NCBI RefSeq assembly: GCF_009914755.1
Contig: NC_060945.1
DNA: 64,000 nucleotides
From: the human T2T-CHM13v2.0 reference genome, Homo sapiens
Reading direction: 5' to 3' (one strand)
This document shows positions 54,808 through 64,000 of the stretch, one piece after another. The notes under the pieces were generated by a model, which saw only the letters and a list, made by a program, of their open reading frames with translations, did no database searches and was not told the origin of the DNA. The translations under genes and the position numbers were made by a program. How positions within the stretch are numbered: position 1 is the first letter of the stretch; each line of letters begins with the position of its first letter.

Positions 54808-55349
54808 AACACTATCCATTCTAAAGAGGGTTCATGCTCTTCGACCCCAACAAAGAACGGTTTCCTTTGCGGTCGTGGATGGGTAAGAAATCAGCCTTGA
54901 CCACCTAAGGGCGTAGCAGGGCTTCTGCATTAGGTGACAATTTTAATAATCCTCTGTTTTCCGTTCACACTTAGGAGTCTGTTTCTGCCCTGGGACGAGG
55001 ACCCAGAGGCCACTTTGACGTTATAGAGCAGGCTGTGTCCTCCGTCATCCTGCTGTAGGGAGTGTTGTCAGCTTTCCCACCACCACTGGCATCTGGAAAG
55101 CTTGGTCTGTTTGTAGTGACAGGTCCGATTGCAGGGAACCAGGAGCGTGTCTGATGCATGAGGGCAGAGTTTCTACCCAGTTACCTGCAGTGTGGAGACG
55201 AGAGACGCGATCTAACCCTGCAAACACTTTTGAAAAAAAACTAGTGTATAAAAAGGAATTAGGGAATCAAACCTTTCTTAAGGGGCACAGAATAAGACAG
55301 TATACACCAGTGTGACCGAAGTTTTTATTTCTGCTGAAGAATTCAGCTA

Positions 55350-55598
55350 AAGTGCAGCTGCATGATCATAGCTCACGGGAACCTGGGTCTCCTGGGCTCA
55401 AGCAAGCCTCCCAGCCCAGCCTCCCACGTAGCTGGGACTACCGGTGGCCATCACCATGGCTGGTTAAGTTTTCATTTTTTTGTAGAGACAGAATTTTGCC
55501 ATTTTGCCCCGGCTGGTTGCGAACTCCTGGCTTCAAGTGATCCTCCTGCCTCGGCCCCCAAAGTGCTGGGATTACAGGTGCCAGCCACCGCCCCTGGC
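55350..55598 (-). mobile_element. Truncated Alu (J-like), followed by a short antisense L1 fragment to ~55760
   Basis: gggctcaagc...ccaaagtgctgggattacagg. Confidence 0.8.
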
Positions 55599-57862
55599 CT
55601 GGCAGTTCTATTTGAATTGTTTTAGGGACTGCCATCCTGCTTCCCACGGTGGCAGCACTGTTTTACACTCCTGCCAGCAGCACCCAAGGGGTCTGGTTCT
55701 CCACATCCTTGCCCGCACTTGTGATTTTCTGTGTTTTGATAATAGCCATCCCGATGTGTGCGTGTTGTGAAAACTGTGATGTACGTAGAAAAGTGTAAAG
55801 AATAAGAGTGTGGACGCCCAGCCCGTCCCCTCAGGAAACGCTTGAAAGGCACCCAACCTCTTTCAGGATCCGTGTTCCATTCGCATTATTTTTTCATGCG
55901 CCATTTTTGAACACAAGTTGCAGACATTTGAACACTGGCCCTAAAAACATCAATCAGCAAACTTCTGGGAATGAGGACACTCCCCGCGTCGCCGCCATCA
56001 CAACAAGGCCTTCGGAAAACTCCACACAGCATCTAGCCTCCCACTCGCGCTCGGATGTCCCAGGTGCCCTCACTCGGTGCCACGCCTTGCCTTTCTGGAA
56101 TCGTGCCCCAGCTTGTTAGAGTGGCACTGACTCTGCTGGGAGGATGTCCTGCCACCGGGGTTTGTCTTTTATAACAACTTGTCCCTCCTTCCCCTCCCTG
56201 GGTTTGTGATAACCTGGAGGTTAAACCTTAGAGCAGCCGCTCTTCACCTGGGGACTTTGCCCCAGGAGGCGTTGGCCAACTCTCTTGTGCCTGGAGGAGG
56301 AAGGCAGATTGTGCCTGGAGGGGAGAGGCTACGGGACGGAGCGGAGCGGGTTAGGTGCTCTGCCCAGTTCTCCTGCTTCTGCACGTCTCTGCCGCCTCTG
56401 CCTCCCTGCTCATTGCCCTCTCTGTTCCCGGCCTCTCCTCTCACCCTCAGAGTAAATGTCACATCCCAGAGGGCCACTGGTGCTCAGGCCACCTCTCACC
56501 CTCCCAGCCTGCTGTAACCTGGACCCCCAGTTTCCCCCATCTGCCCTGCCCAGGCCCCTCAGCTCCACACCCAGGACCCCAGGCCTGACACTCTTGGGTG
56601 TGGCTGCACGCCTAAGGGCAGAGGGCTTGGGTAGGGGGTAAGCGGGGGCTGTGGCCCTGCTGCCCCCGCTGCCTCAGTGGGAGAGGCCCTGTGGGCAGCC
56701 TGAGAGCCGAGGCCTCAGTGGTATTTCCTGGGAGGGCAGCCCCCAACCTCCTGCACCCACAGAGGGGCTGGAGCAGGACACAGGGTCGCTGGCCCCGTCC
56801 TCGGGAGCACCACAGGGCACAGGCCTGGCCTGGCCCGGCCGTAGCCCAGAGCTGACCTTTCCTTGTTGACTTGTGGTCCGGGACTTTCCAGGACAGGCTT
56901 CTTGCCACAGAGAAGGCTCCCGGGGAAACCCCAGGAGTGTGAAAGTGGAGCAGCCCAGGTCCCTGCCCTAGAAGAGCCACCAGGAGCCAGGACACCCCCT
57001 CCCGGGGACCCCTCCCACCCTCCAGCCCCAGCTTGACCCCAGACCTCTGCCCTCAGCCCCCTGGCTGTGTCTGAGCACCTCTGCCCCAGGGTCTTTGCAC
57101 GGACCGTTCTGCCTGGAAAGTTCTTCCCGAGATCTGCTGAGGCGGCTCCTCCTCGGCCGCACGCTCCCTGAGGCTTCTCACCCGCGCACACACGGGCACC
57201 GCCTGCCTCCCGGTCTCCTCTCCCCAGAACCTTAGCTCCAGGGTGCAGGGACTCGCCCACGTGGTTCCAGCCCAGGGCCTGGCCCGAGCAGGTGCTCCCT
57301 CTGTGCTTGTTGAATGAAAGCGAAGTGACCAACAGCACAGACTTCTTCCGAGGAAGAGAGAGAGCAGAGAGCAAAGCAGAGGCCTGAGGGACCCTGTGAC
57401 CCCCAAGCCCACCTGGCTGGTTCCCTGCAGACAGCCCTGGCTCCTGCACTGCTGCCTCTCCCCGCCAGGGACCAGGCCCCCACCAGCCAGGAGCCCGGGA
57501 CACGTCCATGTTCTGGGACTTGACCTTCGTCTCCCCACAGCCTGCATTTCCACCCTGCCTGGCCGCAGCTCTGGTTGGTGGGAAGGGGCTCCAGGCGGCC
57601 CCGCTCTGCTCCGGTACGTGCAGACATCTGGTGTGCAGTGACCTTCATCCCAAGCAAGGCCTAGAAAGGGGGAAATCGAGGCAGCATAGAGAGCCGGCCC
57701 AGGGCAGCCTTCTGGGCTGGAGCATGGGGGTATGAGGGGGCTGCCGGTGTGGTGTGGGTGGCCCGTCCCCTGGTGATGAGTGTGTGGGATGGCGCTCAGC
57801 CTCTGCCTCTGCGGCCTGCTCAGTGGGCCCTCCCACTCCCTGGAGACGTCTCTGTGTGCTTG

Positions 57863-58491
57863 TGTTACCAGAAAGGAGTCCTGATCCAGACACCAAGAGA
57901 GGGTTCTTGGACCTCACACAGGAAGGAGTTCAGGGTGAGTCCAGAGAGTCAAGTGAGAAGTTTATTAATAGAGTAAAGGAATAAAGAATGGCTACTCCAG
58001 AGGCAGTGCGGAGGGCTGGGCTGCTCAGCTGAATATTCTTATGCTTATTTTGGTCATTTCTTGATTATATGTTAAACAAGGAGTGGATTATTCATGAATT
58101 TTCTGGGAAAGGGTGGTCAATTCCCAGAACTGAGGCTTCCTCTCCTTTTTAGACCGTGCAGGGTAACTTTCGGACGTTGCCATGGCATTTGTGGACATGG
58201 CGCTGGTGGGAGTGTCTCTTAGCAGCTAATGCATTAGAATTTGTGTATAATGAGTGGCGAGCACGACCAGAGGTCACTCTAGTCACCATCTTGGTTTTGG
58301 TGGGATTTGGCCACTTCTTTACTGCAACCTGCTTTATCGGCAAGGTCTTCGTGACTTGTATCTTGTGCCAACCTCCTGTCTTGTGACTAAGAATGCCTTA
58401 CCCTCCCGGGAACGCAGTCCAGCAGGCCCCAGCCTCATTCCACCCAGCCCCTATTCAAGACGGAGTCGCTCTGGTTCAAACACCTCTGACA
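57863..58491 (-). mobile_element. MER41B solo LTR (ERV1), apparently full length (629 bp)
   Basis: The minus strand begins TGTCAGAGGTGTTTGAACCAGAGCGACTCC and ends GGATCAGGACTCCTTTCTGGTAACA. It carries the B-subfamily segment with tandem TTCnnnGAA. Flanks cttg/gttg form a degenerate 4-bp TSD. Confidence 0.88.
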
Positions 58492-59629
58492 GTTGGACAA
58501 GTTGGTGACAGCCAGGAGGGCCCGATGTGGACATGTGACAGGCACCCTGTGGCCATCAGATTCTCAGGAGGAAGAAATCCCCTTCTGAAATAAAGCACCC
58601 TGAGAACCGGCGGGAAGGAGCGGGGACTCCGTCGGGGCTTTCCAGGGAAGCAGCCAGGGACTTGCCCTGATTTTGGTTTCTCCAGGTTGGAGCCGCCCCG
58701 CAGGCTGCCTCTGCCGGCGGGAGGAAGTGAGCAGCTCCTGCGGAACCTCTGGCTGGCACAGAGCCCGGGGGCGGGGGAGCCCTCCCTGCCAAGAGAAGCC
58801 ATCAGGTGCAGAGGACAGCACTGACTGGGCCAGTGGGGCGTTCTCCAGCTGGGTCAGCCGTGGCCCCCGCCTCGGGCTGGAGTCCGGCAGGCAACTGCTG
58901 CAGAAACGGAGGCAGAGGCAGGTGGAGGAGCCGCCTCCAGGCGGAGGAGCCCCAGCAAGATGGGGCGCTGGAGTTGAGCTCAGGCTGTCAGCCCCAGAAT
59001 CCAAGCTCCTTGCCCTCGTGCTAACCCAGCCTCACTAACTGGCAGCTGGGGGCACCCTCCCAGCCTGCCAGGGACACCACACTGGGCACACACCACTTCG
59101 GCTGCAGGACCCCATCCTCACTGGCTGTGGCGGGAGACTGGTGAGCCGTCCTTGTAGACGGGACTCCCCCTAGAGTCCTGAAGGACTGTCCTGGGGGCTG
59201 GGGAGCTGCTGGAGGCAGCAGCCTGGGCCAGGAGATCACTGGGGTGGTGAAGGGGAGAGGGTTAGGGCTTCGGTAGGGGGACCCCCTATAGACCAGACAA
59301 CGGATTCCACAGCCACCACCCCCACCCCTGGCTGACCTCACCTTCTGCAAGGGACCCAGTCCTGGACAGGGTCACTGAATTGCTGCCCCCTAACCTGTCC
59401 CCACCCACTGGAGACCTCAGCCTGCCCTGCTCACCCTGGCACCGGCCAGCCTGTCCACGCTGGGTGCCCAGGGCGGGAAAACAGGTGCGGGTTCCCATGA
59501 CTGCATCTCAGGACTCCTGTCTGCGCCCCTTCTTGGCGTGTCTTTAAATGTCTTTGTTAGGCCGCTCATTATGATCCCTCCTGTTTTAATGGAAAAATCT
59601 TGTAAACACTGGGAGGACCAGTGGTCTTT

Positions 59630-59759
59630 TTCTTTCTTAAATAGAGATGAGGTCTCACTATGTTGCCCGGGCTGATCTCAAACTCCTGGCCTCCAGCGAT
59701 CCTCCTGCCTTGACTTCCCGAAGTGCTGGGATTCCAGGCGTGAGCCACTGGGCCCGGCC
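59630..59759 (-). mobile_element. Alu monomer (FLAM-like)
   Basis: gagatgaggtctcactatgttgccc...gtgagccactgggcccggcc. Confidence 0.85.
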
Positions 59760-60109
59760 TAAATTCTTCTTCTGTACTTGCTGGTTTTCCCAAAATGTGC
59801 ACACACTGATGTTAGAATCGGAAAGAGTATCACTCCTGTGACAGCAGTGGGAAGGTGTGTGTTACAGCCACAGGTGTCCACAGGATAGAATCTCACAGCA
59901 ACAGACGTGCTAATGTGGGCACTGGAGGTTGCACCCTATACCGGGCACTGCCCATCCCTCCCCAGTTCCCAGACCAGCTACGCCAGGGATCTGGAGTCCC
60001 CTTCCATGAGTGTGACGAGGACAGGTGAGGTCTCCTGAGTCCTTACCAGCAGGTCAGGCACCCTGTTGAGTCGTCTTCAGAACCCTCAAAAGTGCACGCC
60101 CCTGCCCTG

Positions 60110-60825
<716 letters not shown>

Positions 60826-61344
60826 CCTCACCGCGCGATACCAGTGCAGAACGGGGAGACCCAGGTCGTCCAGGAGCTGGACTCCAGCCGGGACAGTCTG
60901 TCTGTGTCAGAGCCCGGGTCCCTCATGGGGCACTCAGCCTTCACTCGGGTTTCCTGCAAAAATGGAGAGCTTTTTTTTAAGTAGGGATGCCAAGGATGGC
61001 AGGCATGAAGCGGGCAGGCAGAGGTGGGAGCTAGTTAGCAGTATCTCCAATTACCGTGATGGGCAGAAAGAAGGTTCTAGACAACAGTGTCTTGATGAGG
61101 TCAAGAGGAACTGAAACCCCCACCCCACTTCCCCTGCCCCATCTGGTTCTGGGAAAGGGGAAATGCAGGTGCCGGCTGTGCGTGGGTCAGTGGCCCGCCC
61201 CCGCCTCTCTGCCTCGCGGACGTCCAGACTTCCGAGGCCTGGCTGTCTGCAGGGCGGCCATTGCTGTGCGCGCGCGCGCGGGCATGTGCATAGTTCAGGG
61301 AAGAGGCTGCATTTCACAGAGACTCTGTCCCAGGAGGTAGGCAT

Positions 61345-61736
<392 letters not shown>

Positions 61737-62339
61737 GCATTTTCATCTGGACTCTGCCATGGGGCTCAGCAAATCAGATGTGACCTGGTGACAGGTGCCA
61801 AGAAGGTCTGGCGACCACAGGTTTCTTGTCGGTTTCTGCCTGGGACCCCCGCACCTCCCTACCAGTATTCCCAACCCAACGAAAGACCGGCCAAGTACAA
61901 ACCAAGGGCAGCCCTGAAGCCCAGGACCATGAGGCCTGGAAGGCCCCAGGACAGGTGATTTGTGGCCCTGGTGTCTCAGGTCAGGAGCAGGGCAGAGCCA
62001 CCTTCCTCCCTCCCTGTGCGGGGCTGCATGAGCTCAGGGACCTTTGGACCTGAGAAAGGTCAGGCTCACTTCCTCCCCGTGCCTGCGGTTGGCCGCAGGG
62101 GGAATATTCTCCTGACCCGAGTCCCGAAGCCCTGGGCGTGGAGTTTCCCTGGACTGGGAGAAAGTAAACACCGAGGGACTTGCCAAGAGGAAATGGAGAA
62201 GCCCAGGTGTTCTGGGCGGAGCTGAGTGTCCCGCAGGGGGTTCCGCAGCTCCTCGCCTCTGGAAGACCAAGGACAGCTTTCCCCAGGGCTACAGCCTCAC
62301 GCTCCCCTCCCATCGTGGCTGGGCCTTTACTTGGGGGTG

Positions 62340-62703
62340 AGTGTCCTACAGACGAGGGGCTTAAAGCTACAGGAATGCCTCGTCTCGCAGAGCTGGAGGC
62401 TGGAAGGCAGATCGGCCTGTGAGGGCCGCGGTCACTCTTGGTCCTGAGCCCTCCTTGTCCGGCTGCTGGTGTCACGGGCACTCCTTGGGGTTCCTTGGCT
62501 TGTGGGAGCATCGCGCCGGCCCCGCCTCTGTCATCAGGCCGCCTCCCCTTCTCTTCTCGAAGGACACCTGCTACGGCGAGGGCCTCTCCAGGATGACCTC
62601 ATCTCGTTCTCCACTAATCACAGCTGCCAAGATTTATTTCCAAATAAAGTCGCCTTCTTGGGTTCCAGGGGACCTGATTTTGGGAGGCGCTGTTCCCCCA
62701 GCA
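62340..62703 (-). mobile_element. MLT1-like LTR remnant
   Basis: ggcttaaagctacaggaat, ccaggatgacctcatctcg and tatttccaaataaagtc. Confidence 0.65.
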
Positions 62704-63319
62704 CAGGGATACAGCAGGCCCTTGGCCTCATCGGACATCTGGTGCCCGCGCGCCCTCTCACTCACGTTGTCCAGGCCTCTGCCCTTCTCAACACCCGGAC
62801 GTGGGCGTTCAGGTGTCCTTCCTGCCCTGGCGTATGCCCCACTTAGCTGAGTGGGGGGCTTAGACCTCCGCCCCATCTGCAGTCCTCCTGGGGCCTGCCA
62901 ATCAGACCCCCTGCAGCTGCATGGTCTTGGGGCATTGCTGTAAGGCCCTGGGGCCTTTCTGAATCCATCTGCAAGCTGGAGCTGAGTCCAGGAGCTGAGG
63001 CCGGGAGCAGGAGGTGAGGTTGCTAGCTGAGGCTGGGAGCAAGAGCTGAGGCCACTGGAGCTGAGGCTGGGAGCTGAGATGTGGAGCTGGGGCTGAGGCT
63101 GGGAGGAGGGGTTGAGGATACCTGGAGTTTGGGAGCTGGGCTGAGAGGCCAGGGAGGAGAGCCCTGCCACCACCCTGCTGCCCCCCCTCGCCACCCCCCT
63201 GCTGCCACCTTGCTGCCACCCTGCCTCCTGTTCCCAGCCCTCTGGCCAGTCCCTGTGTTCGTTTTCTGTTTTCTACTTACCAGAAACTTAGCAGCTTGAA
63301 ACAGCACCCGCTCGGCACA

Positions 63320-63930
63320 CATTCCTGTTGGGAGTGTGAAATGGTGCAGCTGCTGTGGGAAATGGTCTGGTGATTCCTCGCAAAGCTAAACAATTGCCAT
63401 AGCACCCTGCAGTTCCACACCTGGGGATGCACAGCCAGAAATGAAGACGGGTGTCTGAGCAAAAACTCGGACATGAGTGTTCACAGCAGCGTTATTCACA
63501 GTAGCTAGAAGGTGGAAACAACCCAAGTGTCCGTGGACCGAGGAACAGATCAACAGGCCACGGCGCACGCACGACGGAGTATTGTGCAGCCAGAAAAAGG
63601 GTGAAGCTCCCTTACACATTATGGCGTGGGTGAGCCTCAGAAACATGGTGCTAAGTGACTGCGTTTATATAAAAAGCTTGCACTGATGTAAAGTGTCTAG
63701 AGTAGAGAAACCCAGGAGATGAAGTGGATTCGTGGCTTCCAGGGCCTGAGGGCAGAGGGAAGGGACCGGCTGCTGATGGGTCTCCGTTTGGGAAGATGAA
63801 CGAGTTCTGGAGCTTGCTTGAGGCAGTGTCTGCACAACAGTGTGAGTGCACGGAATGTGGCTGAATTGGACTCTTTAAAATAGTTCAGGTGGGCAATGTT
63901 ATGTTATGTGTGTTTTACTACCATACAAAT
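63320..63930 (+). mobile_element. L1MB-like 3' end
   Basis: gtgaaatggtgcagctgctgtgg, tgttcacagcagcgttattcacagtagc..aaggtggaaacaacccaagtgtcc and ttatgttatgtgtgttttactacc. Confidence 0.85.
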
Positions 63931-64000
63931 AAGTAAATAAATGGACAAGCCTGCACCATCTTGTAGCTCACACCTGCAGGTCAGGAGCCGGCCTGGGTCC

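Overview
This is GC-rich human genomic DNA, recognisable from its encoded proteins as chr21q22.3. Two plus-strand spliced genes lie head-to-tail. PWP2 (WD40 small-subunit-processome protein) is represented by its last 17 exons (235-16386, 5' end outside the window). GATD3/C21orf33 (ES1 homolog, mitochondrial DJ-1/PfpI-family protein, 268 aa) is complete in 7 exons (19313-30564) with a CpG-island promoter. All splice junctions were read from the sequence and give continuous frames. The last GATD3 intron is a minor-spliceosome AT-AC intron. The remaining ~33 kb has no convincing protein-coding gene. It holds Alus, old L1s, MaLR/ERV1 LTRs, a DNA transposon relic and many GC-rich minisatellites. 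The best leads are the AT-AC intron, a solo MER41B LTR with both STAT (GAS) sites intact, a ~640-bp inverted duplication tied to an inverted L1 piece, and minisatellites that arose inside MLT1 LTRs. I see no evidence of a wholly new biological system. Repeat subfamily names come from recalled consensus sequences and need RepeatMasker/Dfam confirmation. Nearly all long ORFs in the supplied track outside the exons are artefacts of GC-rich or repeat sequence.
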